Of a stretch of 52,055 bases of DNA, positions 9,038 to 24,317 are shown in pieces. The stretch spans positions 1-52,055 of the forward strand of contig CAXTEJ010000025.1 of NCBI GenBank assembly GCA_964243295.1, read 5' to 3'. This DNA comes from an uncultured Actinomycetales bacterium. Lineage in GTDB: Bacteria; Actinomycetota; Actinomycetes; Actinomycetales; Angustibacteraceae. A model generated the notes under the pieces. The model was given only the letters and a program-made list of their open reading frames with translations. It was not told the DNA's origin and ran no database searches. The first letter of the stretch is position 1. Each line of letters begins with the position of its first letter. A program made the translations under genes and the position numbers.

Positions 9038-10825
9038 TCAGGAGCGTGCCCCTACGGCGTGCCGGTAGGCGAGCACGGCCTGCACCAGCGCCAGGTGGCT
9101 GAAGGCCTGCGGGTAGTTGCCGGCCATGCGCCGCCCGACGGGGTCGTACTCCTCGGCGAGCAGGCCGAGCGGTCCCCCGAGGGCGACGAGCCGGTCGAGC
9201 AGCGCGGCGGCCTCCTCGATCCGGCCGCTGCCCGCGTGCACCTGCGCCAGCCAGAACGAGCACGCGAGGAAGGGGTGCTCACCCGCGGGCAGGCCGTCGA
9301 CGCCGGCCTCGGTGCGGTAGCGCAGCAGCAGCCCCTCGTGCAGCAGCTCGCGCTGCACGGCGGCGACCGTCGCGACCACGCGGGGGTCGTCGTACGGCAG
9401 GAAGCCGCACACCGGGATCTGCAGCAGCGCCGCGTCGGTGTGGGCGGCGCCGTAGTACTGCACGAAGGTGCCGGCCTCGGCGTTCCACCCGTGCTCCAGC
9501 ACCTCGGCCCGCACCCTGTCGCGCAGGGCGGTCCACCGCTTGCGCGGGCCGGGCAGCCCGTGCTTCTCGATCGCGCGGACGCCGCGGTCGAACGCGGCCC
9601 AGACCATGACCCGCGAGTGCGTGAAGTGACGCAGCGGGCCGCGCACCTCCCAGATGCCGTTGTCGGGCTCCTCCCAGCGCCGCGCCAGCTCCTCGAGCAG
9701 CAGGCGCTGCAGCGCCCACGTCATGCCCGTGCCGTCCAGGCCGACGTCGCGCGCGGCCTCGAGCGCCATCATGACCTCACCGAGCACGTCCGACTGGCGC
9801 TGGTCGACGGCCCCGTTGCCGATCCGCACCGGCGCCGAGGCCTCGTAGCCGGGCAGGTGGTCGAGCGTGCGCTCGGCGAGGTCGCGCCCGCCGTCGACGC
9901 CGTACATGATCTGCAGGTCCTCCGGGTCGCCGGCGACGGCCCGCATCAGCCAGTGCTGCCAGGCGAGCGCCTCGTCGCGAAAGCCCGCCTCGACCAGCGA
10001 CTGCAGCGTCAGCGCCGCGTCACGCAGCCAGCAGAACCGGTAGTCCCAGTTGCGGGTGCCGCCGAAGTCCTCAGGCAGCGAGGTGGTGACGGCGGCGACG
10101 ATGCCGCCGGTCTCGGCGTGCGTCATCACGCGCAGCACCAGCAGCGAGCGCACCAGCGCGTCCTGGTAGGGGCCCTCCAGCCGTGCCGCGGTCGCCCAGG
10201 TGCGCCACGCCAGCGCGGTGCTCGCCAGCCGCTGCGGGACGTCGAGCGCCGGGGGCACGCGGTCCCAGGCGGGGAACCAGGTCGTCGACCAGTGCAGCGT
10301 CTCGCCGGCGCCGACGTCGAAGACGTCCTCGTGCCGGCCCTCGACGGCCGTCGGCAACCGGCTGCCCCGCAGCACGAGCATGTCGGGGCCGGCGACCGCC
10401 TGCAGCGCGGGGTGGCCGTGCGGGTCGACGACGCGGTGCACCCACGGGCGCACCTTGCCGTAGCCGAGCCGCACGACCCACTCGTGCCGCATCCGCACGC
10501 TGCCCTCGATGCCGCGCACCTGCCGGACGACGTCGGCCCGCTCGTCGCCCATGGGCATCGCGTCGAGCACCTGCACGACGCCCTCATCGGTCGTGTAGGT
10601 GCTCTCGAGCACGAACGAGTCCTCGAGGTAGCGACGGCTGACCTCGTAGTCGACGTCCGGCGCGAGCAGCCAGCGACCGTGGTCGGGCGTGCCCAGCAGC
10701 GCCGCGAAGCAGGCGGCGGAGTCGAATCTCGGCAGGCACAGCCAGTCGACTGAGCCGTCGACGCCGACCAGGGCCGCCGTGCCGAGGTCGCCCAGCACGG
10801 CGTAGTCCTCGATGCGTCTGGCCAC
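9038..10825 (-). CDS. Glycoside hydrolase family 15 protein (glucoamylase/trehalase-like)
   Basis: 595 aa. N-term IEDYAVLGDLGTAALVGVDGSVDWLCLPRFDS and (alpha/alpha)6 toroid signatures (WDYRFCWLRDA, FSHLALVQA) are typical of actinobacterial GH15 trehalases. Confidence 0.85.
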   Translation of the reverse strand: MARRIEDYAVLGDLGTAALVGVDGSVDWLCLPRFDSAACFAALLGTPDHGRWLLAPDVDYEVSRRYLEDSFVLESTYTTDEGVVQVLDAMPMGDERADVVRQVRGIEGSVRMRHEWVVRLGYGKVRPWVHRVVDPHGHPALQAVAGPDMLVLRGSRLPTAVEGRHEDVFDVGAGETLHWSTTWFPAWDRVPPALDVPQRLASTALAWRTWATAARLEGPYQDALVRSLLVLRVMTHAETGGIVAAVTTSLPEDFGGTRNWDYRFCWLRDAALTLQSLVEAGFRDEALAWQHWLMRAVAGDPEDLQIMYGVDGGRDLAERTLDHLPGYEASAPVRIGNGAVDQRQSDVLGEVMMALEAARDVGLDGTGMTWALQRLLLEELARRWEEPDNGIWEVRGPLRHFTHSRVMVWAAFDRGVRAIEKHGLPGPRKRWTALRDRVRAEVLEHGWNAEAGTFVQYYGAAHTDAALLQIPVCGFLPYDDPRVVATVAAVQRELLHEGLLLRYRTEAGVDGLPAGEHPFLACSFWLAQVHAGSGRIEEAAALLDRLVALGGPLGLLAEEYDPVGRRMAGNYPQAFSHLALVQAVLAYRHAVGARS

Positions 10826-10999
10826 GCGGCCAACCTAGCCCGACTGGGGGGCCTGGCGCCGCCGCCTCGCCCACGTCGGGTCGCCGGACTCCTCCGGCAG
10901 CAGGTCTGGCGCGATCGCCGGCCCCGCGACGCGCGGGATTCGGGACTGTCGGTGGGGGCACCTAGCATGGACCGGGGTCGGCGAGGACCCACCCCAGCC

Positions 11000-11044
11000 G
11001 TGCTCACACCGCCTGTGCTCACACCGCCTGTGCTCACATCCGCC
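11000..11044 (+). repeat. 3 x 15-bp tandem direct repeat (GTGCTCACACCGCCT) in the uvrA upstream region
   Basis: gtgctcacaccgcct gtgctcacaccgcct gtgctcacatccgcc, ending about 65 bp upstream of the uvrA start; non-coding. Confidence 0.7.
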
Positions 11045-11108
11045 CGGTCCGCCGCGACCGCGCCCCGCGCCACCCGTCCGCTCACCACATGCAGGAGCGT
11101 CTCCCACC

Positions 11109-14252
<3,144 letters not shown>

Positions 14253-14313
14253 CCGGCCGCGTGACCCCGCGGCCGAGCGGAGTCTGTCAGACCCGGCTCG
14301 TAGGATCGGCACC

Positions 14314-16269
14314 GTGACGGACCCCGCCTCCTACCGCCCGAGACCGGGGGAGATCCCCACCGGGCCGGGCGTCTACCGCTTCCGCGACGCCCAGCGCCGG
14401 GTCATCTACGTGGGCAAGGCCAAGAGCCTTCGACCGCGGCTGTCGTCGTACTTCCAGGACCTCAGCGCGCTGCACCCGCGCACCCAGACGATGGTCACGA
14501 CCGCGTCCAGCGTGGAGTGGACCGTCGTCGGCACCGAGGTCGAGGCGCTGCAGCTGGAGTACGCCTGGATCAAGGAGTTCGACCCGCGGTTCAACGTCAA
14601 GTACCGCGACGACAAGTCCTACCCGTTCCTCGCCGTGACGATGGGCGACGAGTTCCCGCGGGTGCAGGTCATGCGCGGCGACAAGCGCAAGGGCACCCGC
14701 TACTTCGGGCCGTACAGCCACGCCTGGGCGATCCGCGAGACCGTCGACCTGCTGCTGCGCGTCTTCCCGGTCCGCACCTGCAGCAACGGGGTGTTCCGGC
14801 GTGCCGAGCAGGTCGGCAGGCCCTGCCTGCTCGGCTACATCGACAAGTGCTCGGCGCCCTGCGTCGGCCGGGTCAGCGCCGAGGAGCACAAGGCGCTGGC
14901 GGCGGAGTTCTGCGACTTCATGGCCGGCGACACCGGCCGGTTCGTGCGCCGGCTCGAGAAGGACATGCGGGAGGCCTCGAGCGAGCTCGACTTCGAGCGC
15001 GCGGCCCGGCGCCGCGACGACGTCGGCGCCCTCAACCGCGCGCTCGAGAAGAGCGCCGTCGTGCTGCCCGACGCCACCGACGCCGACGTCTTCGCCCTCG
15101 CCGACGACGAGCTCGAGGCCGCCGTGCAGGTGTTCCACGTGCGCGGCGGCCGGGTGCGCGGCCAGCGGGGCTGGGTCGTCGAGAAGGTCGAGGACGTCGA
15201 CACCGCCGAGCTCGTCGAGCGGCTGCTGCTGCAGGTCTACGGCGCCTCCCCGGACGCCGTGCCGCGCGAGGTGCTCGTGCCGGCGGTGCCGACCGACGAG
15301 GGGGAGATGGCGGAGTGGCTCAGCGGCCTGCGCGGGTCGCGCGTCGACGTCCGCGTGCCGCAGCGCGGCGACAAGCGGGCGCTGCTGGAGACGGTGGCGC
15401 GCAACGCCTCCCACGCCCTCACGCTCCACAAGACCCGCCGCGGCGGTGACCTCACCGCCCGGTCGCTGGCCCTGCAGGAGATCCAGGAGGCGCTGGGCCT
15501 CACCGACGCGCCGCTGCGCATCGAGTGCTACGACGTGTCGAACCTGCAGGGCACCGAGGTGGTCGCGTCGATGGTGGTCTTCGAGGACGGCCTGCCGCGC
15601 AAGAGCGAGTACCGCCGGTTCGCCGTCCGGGGCACGCACGGGCAGGACGACACCGCGTGGATGCACGAGGTGATCACCCGGCGGTTCCGCCGTCACGTCG
15701 AGGAGCAGGCCGCGCTCGAGGCCGCTGAGGGTGCCACCGGCCCCACCGGCATCGACCCCGACACCGGCAGGCCGCGGCGCTTCGCCTACGCGCCGAACCT
15801 CGTCGTCGTCGACGGTGGCCCGCCGCAGGTGGCGGCTGCCCAGCGGGCCCTCGACGGGCTCGGGGTGACCGACGTCGCGCTCGTGGGCCTCGCCAAGCGG
15901 CTGGAGGAGGTGTGGCTGCCCGACGACGACCACCCGCTGGTGCTGCCCCGCTCGAGCGAGGGCCTCTACCTGCTGCAGCGGGTGCGCGACGAGGCGCACC
16001 GCTTCGCGATCACGTTCCACCGCCAGCGCCGGTCCAAGGCCATGACGTCGTCCGCCCTCGACACCGTGCCGGGGCTCGGGGGCACCCGCAAGACCGCGCT
16101 GCTGAAGCACTTCGGCTCGGTGAAGAAGGTCAAGGCGGCGACGGCCGAGCAGATCGCCGAGGTGCCCGGCATCGGCCCGAGCACGGCGCGCGCCGTCGTC
16201 AGCGCCCTCGCGGGCCAGCCGGCCGCTGAGCCGGCCGTCAACGTCACGACCGGTGAGGTGCTCGACTGA
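14314..16269 (+). CDS. uvrC: Excinuclease ABC subunit C
   Basis: GIY-YIG domain ([29 protein letters not shown]), UvrBC-interaction region, RNase H-like endonuclease and C-terminal (HhH)2. Confidence 0.95.
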   Translation: MTDPASYRPRPGEIPTGPGVYRFRDAQRRVIYVGKAKSLRPRLSSYFQDLSALHPRTQTMVTTASSVEWTVVGTEVEALQLEYAWIKEFDPRFNVKYRDDKSYPFLAVTMGDEFPRVQVMRGDKRKGTRYFGPYSHAWAIRETVDLLLRVFPVRTCSNGVFRRAEQVGRPCLLGYIDKCSAPCVGRVSAEEHKALAAEFCDFMAGDTGRFVRRLEKDMREASSELDFERAARRRDDVGALNRALEKSAVVLPDATDADVFALADDELEAAVQVFHVRGGRVRGQRGWVVEKVEDVDTAELVERLLLQVYGASPDAVPREVLVPAVPTDEGEMAEWLSGLRGSRVDVRVPQRGDKRALLETVARNASHALTLHKTRRGGDLTARSLALQEIQEALGLTDAPLRIECYDVSNLQGTEVVASMVVFEDGLPRKSEYRRFAVRGTHGQDDTAWMHEVITRRFRRHVEEQAALEAAEGATGPTGIDPDTGRPRRFAYAPNLVVVDGGPPQVAAAQRALDGLGVTDVALVGLAKRLEEVWLPDDDHPLVLPRSSEGLYLLQRVRDEAHRFAITFHRQRRSKAMTSSALDTVPGLGGTRKTALLKHFGSVKKVKAATAEQIAEVPGIGPSTARAVVSALAGQPAAEPAVNVTTGEVLD

Positions 16270-16324
16270 CGCTCCTCGGGGCCTGGCGCTGGCTAGGCTG
16301 GGCACACCCCCCGAGAGGACCCGT

Positions 16325-17308
16325 GTGAGCCGCGACGACGCGCCGGCCCCGCCCCCGCGAGAGCCCGTGCCGCCCACCGGGCAGCCGACCCAGCAGTCGA
16401 GCGAGCAGCCGGCCCAGCAGCCGACCCCGCCGTCCGCCCCGGTCGGCGTCGCCATCGAGCTGGTGCTCATCACCGGCATGTCGAGCGCGGGCCGCTCGAC
16501 CGCGGCGAACGTGCTCGAGGACCTCGGCTGGTACGTCGTCGACAACCTCCCGCCGCAGCTGCTGCCGCAGATGATCGAGCTCACCGCCAGCGCGCCGCAG
16601 CACGGCGGCCGGCTCGCCGCGGTCATCGACGCCCGCAGCCGGGCGTTCTTCGAGGCGCTGCAGGACGCCCTGGTCGAGCTGGACAGCCAGGGGGTGCAGC
16701 CGCGCGTGGTGTTCCTGGACGCCTCCGACGACGTGCTCGTGCGCCGGCAGGAGTCGGTGCGTCGTCCCCACCCGCTGCAGGGCTGCGACCGGATCCTCGA
16801 CGGCATCGGCCGCGAGCGCGAGCTGCTGGCGCAGGTGCGCGAGGGCGCCGACGTCCTCATCGACACCTCGGGACTCAACGTCACCCAGCTCAAGACCAAG
16901 GTGACGCAGGCGTTCGACCGCGCCGACGACGTCCGGCTGCGGGCGACGCTCATGTCGTTCGGCTTCAAGTACGGCATCCCGCTCGACGCCGACTTCGTCA
17001 TCGACATGCGCTTCCTCCCCAACCCGTTCTGGGTGCCCGAGCTGCGGCCGCACTCGGGGCTGTCCGACGACGTCCGCGACTACGTGATGAGCCAGGACGG
17101 CGCGACGGTCTTCCTCGACCGCTTCGTCAGCAGCCTCGAACCGGTGCTCGAGGGCTACCTGGCCGAGGGCAAGCGCTACGTGACGATCGCCGTCGGCTGC
17201 ACCGGCGGCAAGCACCGCTCGGTGTCGGTCACGCGGGCGCTGGCCGAGCGGCTCGAGGGCCTCGGCGTGCAGGTGGGCGTGCTCCACCGCGACCTGGGCC
17301 GCGAGTGA
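16325..17308 (+). CDS. rapZ: RNase adapter protein RapZ (P-loop NTPase, YvcJ family)
   Basis: Walker A GMSSAGRST and conserved C-terminal RapZ core (VAVGCTGGKHRSV). GTG 16325 chosen so the gene does not overlap uvrC; ORF track start 16253 is the alternative. Confidence 0.85.
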   Translation: MSRDDAPAPPPREPVPPTGQPTQQSSEQPAQQPTPPSAPVGVAIELVLITGMSSAGRSTAANVLEDLGWYVVDNLPPQLLPQMIELTASAPQHGGRLAAVIDARSRAFFEALQDALVELDSQGVQPRVVFLDASDDVLVRRQESVRRPHPLQGCDRILDGIGRERELLAQVREGADVLIDTSGLNVTQLKTKVTQAFDRADDVRLRATLMSFGFKYGIPLDADFVIDMRFLPNPFWVPELRPHSGLSDDVRDYVMSQDGATVFLDRFVSSLEPVLEGYLAEGKRYVTIAVGCTGGKHRSVSVTRALAERLEGLGVQVGVLHRDLGRE

Positions 17309-18309
17309 CGACGCCGCCCGGCGCGCTGGTCCAGCCTCCCGGCGCCGCCCTGCCGGCGGGCTCCGGCGGCTCGTCGGCGCCCGTCGTCGTCGCGCTCGGC
17401 GGTGGCCACGGCCTGGCCGCGTCGCTGTCGGCGCTGCGCCACCTCACCGACCGGCTCACCGCCGTGGTCACCGTCGCGGACGACGGGGGGTCGAGCGGGC
17501 GGCTGCGCCGTGAGCTGGGCGTGATCCCCCCGGGCGACCTGCGGATGGCGCTCGCGGCGCTGTGCGACGACGGCGAGTGGGGCCGCACCTGGCGCGACGT
17601 GCTGCAGCACCGCTTCGCCAGCTCGGGTGAGCTGCACAGCCACTCGGTGGGCAACCTGCTCATCGTCGCCCTGTGGGAGCTGCTGGGCGACACCGTCGGT
17701 GGCCTGGACCTGGTCGGCCGGCTGCTCGGAGCGCGGGGCCGGGTGCTGCCGATGAGCGCGGTGGCCCTCGACATCGAGGCGGTCGTGCTGGGCCTCGACC
17801 CGCGTGACCCCACGGCGACGACGCTGGTGCGCGGGCAGGTCGCGGTCGCCACGACCGCCGGCCGCGTCGCGTCCGTGCGGCTGGTGCCCGACGACCCACC
17901 GGCGTGCGACGAGGCCGTCCGGGCGGTGATGGACGCCGACTGGGTCGTCCTCGGCCCCGGCTCGTGGTTCACCAGCGTCATGCCGCACCTGCTGGTGCCC
18001 GACCTGCGCCGCGCGCTGTGCGAGACCCCCGCGCGCCGCATCATCACCCTCAACCTCACCAACCAGACGGGCGAGACCGACGGCTTCAGCGCCGAGAACC
18101 ACCTGGAGGCGCTGTTCCTGCACGCGCCCGAGCTCACGGCCGACGTCGTGCTGGCCGACCCGGCCGTGGTGGGCGACCGCCGGTCCCTGGAGGCCGTCTG
18201 CGAGGACGTCGGCGCGCGCCTGGTCGTCTCGACCGTCGCGTCGTCGACCCGCCGGGAGGTGCACGACGAGCTGCGGCTCGCCGCGGCCTACCGCGACCTG
18301 CTGGCCTGA
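17305..18309 (+). CDS. yvcK: Gluconeogenesis factor / UPF0052 (YvcK, CuvA-like, CofD fold)
   Basis: VVALGGGHGLAASLSAL...VTVADDGGSSGRLRRELGVIPPGDLRMALAAL are hallmark YvcK motifs. ATGA overlap with rapZ. rapZ-yvcK-whiA cluster is conserved in Gram-positive bacteria. Confidence 0.85.
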   Translation: MTTPPGALVQPPGAALPAGSGGSSAPVVVALGGGHGLAASLSALRHLTDRLTAVVTVADDGGSSGRLRRELGVIPPGDLRMALAALCDDGEWGRTWRDVLQHRFASSGELHSHSVGNLLIVALWELLGDTVGGLDLVGRLLGARGRVLPMSAVALDIEAVVLGLDPRDPTATTLVRGQVAVATTAGRVASVRLVPDDPPACDEAVRAVMDADWVVLGPGSWFTSVMPHLLVPDLRRALCETPARRIITLNLTNQTGETDGFSAENHLEALFLHAPELTADVVLADPAVVGDRRSLEAVCEDVGARLVVSTVASSTRREVHDELRLAAAYRDLLA

Positions 18310-18363
18310 CGCTCGGCTCCTGCGACGTCTCGACCCGCCTCGACCAGGTGGCAGGATGGTGGG

Positions 18364-20465
<2,102 letters not shown>

Positions 20466-20470
20466 ATCCG

Positions 20471-21673
20471 GTGCGGACCGTCGACGACCTGACCGCCGAG
20501 CTGGGCGGGCTGCGCGGCAAGCGCGTGCTCGTGCGCAGCGACCTCAACGTCCCGCTCGACGGGCAGCGGATCACCGACGACGGGCGCATCCGCGCGTCGG
20601 TGCCGACGATCCGGCAGCTGCTGGACGCCGGCGCCCGCGTCGTGGTCTGCGCCCACCTCGGCCGCCCGAAGGGGGCGCCGGAGGAGCGGTACTCCCTCGC
20701 GCCTGTCGGGGTGCGCCTCGCCGAGCTGCTCCAGGTGCCGGTGCCCGTCGCGGCCGACACCGTCGGGCCCGACGCGCAGCGGCTCGTGGGCCAGGCGCAG
20801 GACGGGACCGTCGTCCTGCTGGAGAACCTGCGGTTCAACGCGGGCGAGACCAGCAAGGACGACGCCGAGCGCGGCGCGTTCGCCGACCAGCTCGCGGCCC
20901 TCGCCGACGCCTTCGTCAGCGACGGCTTCGGTGTGGTCCACCGCAAGCAGGCCAGCGTCTACGACGTCGCCCAGCGGCTGCCGCACGCCGCGGGTGGTCT
21001 CGTCGTCGCCGAGGTCGAGGTGCTGCAGCGGCTGACCGTCGACCCGGCGCGGCCCTACGCCGTCGTGCTCGGCGGGTCGAAGGTCTCCGACAAGCTCGGC
21101 GTCATCGACAGCTTGGTGGGCACCGCCGACCGCATCCTGGTCGGCGGGGGCATGGTCTTCACCTTCCTCGCGGCTCAGGGCCTCGAGGTGGGCAAGAGCC
21201 TGCTCGAGGCCGACCAGCTCGACACCGTGCGCGGCTACCTCGCCACGGCCGCCGAGCTGGGCGTCGACATCGTGCTGCCGACCGACGTGGTCGCGGCCGA
21301 GGCCTTCGCCGCCGACGCCGCCCACGACGTCGTCGCAGCAGACGCCATCCCCGCCGACCGCATCGGGCTCGACATCGGGCCGGCGTCGGCGGCAGCCTTC
21401 GCCGCGGCGCTGTCCGACGCGGCGACCGTCTTCTGGAACGGCCCGATGGGCGTGTTCGAGATGGAGCCCTACAGCCACGGCACCCGCGCCGTGGCCCAGG
21501 CGATGGTCGCCAGCGACGCGTTCAGCGTCGTCGGTGGCGGCGACTCGGCTGCCGCCGTCCGCACCCTCGGCTTCGCCGACACCGACTTCGGTCACATCTC
21601 GACCGGCGGCGGGGCGAGCCTTGAGTACCTGGAGGGCAAGACCCTGCCCGGTCTCGCCGTCCTGCAGAGCTGA
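20471..21673 (+). CDS. pgk: Phosphoglycerate kinase
   Basis: GTG start 5 nt after the gap stop. [11 protein letters not shown], hinge and ATP-binding motifs ([17 protein letters not shown]). The 585-aa ORF-track entry is a run-on of this frame upstream into gap. Confidence 0.95.
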   Translation: MRTVDDLTAELGGLRGKRVLVRSDLNVPLDGQRITDDGRIRASVPTIRQLLDAGARVVVCAHLGRPKGAPEERYSLAPVGVRLAELLQVPVPVAADTVGPDAQRLVGQAQDGTVVLLENLRFNAGETSKDDAERGAFADQLAALADAFVSDGFGVVHRKQASVYDVAQRLPHAAGGLVVAEVEVLQRLTVDPARPYAVVLGGSKVSDKLGVIDSLVGTADRILVGGGMVFTFLAAQGLEVGKSLLEADQLDTVRGYLATAAELGVDIVLPTDVVAAEAFAADAAHDVVAADAIPADRIGLDIGPASAAAFAAALSDAATVFWNGPMGVFEMEPYSHGTRAVAQAMVASDAFSVVGGGDSAAAVRTLGFADTDFGHISTGGGASLEYLEGKTLPGLAVLQS

Positions 21674-21686
21674 TCCGAGGAGACCG

Positions 21687-22496
<810 letters not shown>

Positions 22497-22553
22497 GCCG
22501 GCGCACCAAGGGTCAGCTGCTGACCGACCTGACCAGAGCCGAACGGACGTCTC

Positions 22554-22802
22554 GTGACCGCTGTACGCATCAGCCTCCAGGTGGTGCTCATCATCGCCAG
22601 CCTGTTCCAGACCCTGCTGATCCTGCTCCACAAGGGCAAGGGCGGGGGCCTGTCGGACATGTTCGGCGGCGGCGTCTCGTCCAGCCTGGGCGGCTCGTCG
22701 GTCGCCGAGCGCAACCTCGACCGGTTCACGATCGCCATCGCGCTGATCTGGATCACGGCCATCGTCGGGCTCGGTCTCATCGAGCGCTTCACCACCACCT
22801 AG
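22554..22802 (+). CDS. secG: Preprotein translocase subunit SecG
   Basis: 82 aa, two TM helices flanking the conserved LLHKGKGGGLSDMFGGG loop. gap-pgk-tpiA-secG synteny. Confidence 0.85.
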   Translation: MTAVRISLQVVLIIASLFQTLLILLHKGKGGGLSDMFGGGVSSSLGGSSVAERNLDRFTIAIALIWITAIVGLGLIERFTTT

Positions 22803-22819
22803 GACCTGGGAGACAACGC

Positions 22820-23170
22820 ATGGCAGGCGGCAACGCGATCAGAGGCAGCCGGGTCGGCGCCGGCCCGATGGGCGAGGCCGAGCGCGGCGACGCGGCGCCC
22901 CGGCTGGTCCTCTCGTACTGGTGCGCCAACGGCCACGAGACCCGGCCGAGCTTCGCCGACGAGCCGGGCATCCAGGTGCCCGAGACCTGGGACTGCCCGC
23001 GCTGCGGGTTCCCCGCCGGTCAGGACAAGGCGAGCCCGCCGTCCCCGAACCGCGTCGAGCCCTACAAGACGCACCTGGCCTACGTGAAGGAGCGCCGCAG
23101 CGACACCGACGGCCAGGCCATCCTCACCGAGGCCCTCGAGCAGCTGCGCTCCCGCGGTCTCATCCGCTGA
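22820..23170 (+). CDS. rbpA: RNA polymerase-binding protein RbpA
   Basis: 116 aa. IRGSRVGA N-terminus, RbpA core with Cys ligands (YWCANGHE...WDCPRCGF) and basic C-terminal sigma-interaction helix (ILTEALEQLRSRGLIR). Confidence 0.8.
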   Translation: MAGGNAIRGSRVGAGPMGEAERGDAAPRLVLSYWCANGHETRPSFADEPGIQVPETWDCPRCGFPAGQDKASPPSPNRVEPYKTHLAYVKERRSDTDGQAILTEALEQLRSRGLIR

Positions 23171-23186
23171 CGCGCGCCGCACCTCG

Positions 23187-23215
23187 GAGCCCGGTTCCCC
23201 TCGGGGAGCCGGGCG
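23187..23215 (+). terminator. Hairpin immediately after rbpA
   Basis: gagcccgg-ttcccctcggggag-ccgggc nested stem-loop 17 nt after the rbpA stop. Confidence 0.35.
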
Positions 23216-23220
23216 CCGTC

Positions 23221-23283
23221 GCGTCCGAGGCCGATCGTCGCGTCCGAGGCCGATCCGCCGCGTCTGACGCCGATTCGCCGCGA
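23221..23283 (+). repeat. About 3 copies of a ~19-bp tandem repeat (gtcgcgtccgaggccgatc)
   Basis: gtcgcgtccgaggccgatc gtcgcgtccgaggccgatc cgccgcgtctgacgccgattcgccgcg; intergenic. Confidence 0.6.
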
Positions 23284-23287
23284 CCCC

Positions 23288-23400
23288 CCGTGATCATGCG
23301 ATCCCGGACCACCCGCCCGCCCCCCGCCCCGCCGTGATCATGCAGCTCCGGATCACCCGGCGCGACCCACGTGATCATGCGATCCCGGACCAGGCGCTGG
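23288..23400 (+). repeat. Array of 3 (plus 1 degenerate) forward copies of dispersed repeat unit CCGTGATCATGC(G/A)ATCCCGG(A/C)CC
   Basis: ccgtgatcatgcgatcccggacc / ccgtgatcatgcagctccggatcacc / acgtgatcatgcgatcccggacc; partial gtgatc....ccggcc at about 23407. Confidence 0.75.
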
Positions 23401-23450
23401 CCTCGCCGTGATCCCGGCCCGGCCGCGCGGGCGGACGTCGGCAGGCGGGT

Positions 23451-23510
23451 GGGCCGGGATTGCATGATCACGGCGGGGGTGGGCCGGGATTGCATGATCC
23501 CGGGGGGGCT
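23451..23510 (+). repeat. Array of 2 reverse-orientation copies of the same repeat unit (GGGCCGGGATTGCATGATCACGGCGG)
   Basis: gggccgggattgcatgatcacggcggg / gggccgggattgcatgatcccggggg. Reverse complement of the forward unit; forward and reverse arrays face each other across a ~60-bp GC-rich centre between convergent rbpA and pgl. Confidence 0.75.
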
Positions 23511-23531
23511 GGTGGGCCGGTGCCTGCGGGT

Positions 23532-24317
23532 TCAGTCCTCGGTGGCGGGGAGCAGGTGGTCGGGGACGCCGGCTGCGGCGGCGGCGTCGAGCAGCCACAG
23601 GGTCGCCTCACGGCCGTGCACGGCGCCGGCGGGGGCCTCGGCCGGCGCGGCGCCGCTGAGAGCGAGCCGCACCGCCTCGGCGCGGTCGGCGCCCGCGGTC
23701 ATCAGCCAGGCCTGGCGCGCCGAGCACAGCGCCGGCACCGTCAGGCTGAGCCGGATCGGCGGCGGCTTGGGGGAGTCGTGGACGGCGATCACCGACGAGC
23801 CGTGCTCGTGCACCCCGGGCAGGCCGGGGAACAGCGAGGCCACGTGCGCGTCGGGGCCGACGCCCAGCATCAGCACGTCGAACACCGCCCCGCCGACCTC
23901 GGTGCCGCCGCCGGCCTTCGCCGACAGCTCGCGGGCGTAGCGGTGCGCTGCGGCGGCGACGTCGTCGCCGTCCGGGCCGTCACTGGCCGCCATGACGTGC
24001 ACGCGAGCCGGGTCGAGCGGCAGGACGTCGAGCAGCACGCCGCGCGCCTGCGTCTCGTTGCGGTCGGGGTCGCCTGCCGGCAGGAAGCGCTCGTCGCCCC
24101 ACCAGACGTCGACGCGGTCCCATCGCACGGCGTCACGGGCGGGGGAGGTCGCGAGCGCCGCGAGCACCGCGGTGCCCGTCGACCCGCCGGTGACCACGAT
24201 CGACGCGGTGCCGCGCGCGGCCTGCGCGTCGACGATGGCGGTCACCAGCCTGGCGCCCACCGCCTCCGCCAGCGTCGCCGCATCGGGGTGGACGACGACG
24301 CTGGGCTGAGCGCTCAC
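23532..24317 (-). CDS. pgl: 6-phosphogluconolactonase
   Basis: 261 aa from GTG. VSAQPSVVVHPDAATLAEAVGARL, GGSTGTAVL, DERFLPAGDPDRNE, VLMLGVGPDAHVASLFPG are DevB/Pgl motifs. GTGA overlap with opcA. Confidence 0.9.
   Translation of the reverse strand: MSAQPSVVVHPDAATLAEAVGARLVTAIVDAQAARGTASIVVTGGSTGTAVLAALATSPARDAVRWDRVDVWWGDERFLPAGDPDRNETQARGVLLDVLPLDPARVHVMAASDGPDGDDVAAAAHRYARELSAKAGGGTEVGGAVFDVLMLGVGPDAHVASLFPGLPGVHEHGSSVIAVHDSPKPPPIRLSLTVPALCSARQAWLMTAGADRAEAVRLALSGAAPAEAPAGAVHGREATLWLLDAAAAAGVPDHLLPATED

Noticed and set aside
10826-11108. LexA/SOS (Cheo-type GAAC-N4-GTTC / TCGAAC-N4-GTTCGA) box upstream of uvrA, and likewise upstream of uvrB (1446-1492)
   Set aside because: No GAAC...GTTC dyad was found in either upstream region by direct reading. 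Only the unrelated 15-bp direct repeats are present.
23160-23495. Small ORFs reading through the repeat arrays (e.g. 23160-23495(-) 'MQSRPTPAVIMQSRPTRL', 23371-23940(+), 36020-36388(-), 36752-37507(+))
   Set aside because: Their 'protein' sequences are internally repetitive only because they translate the DNA repeats. They overlap pgl or the ABC permease on the other strand, and codon bias is poor.
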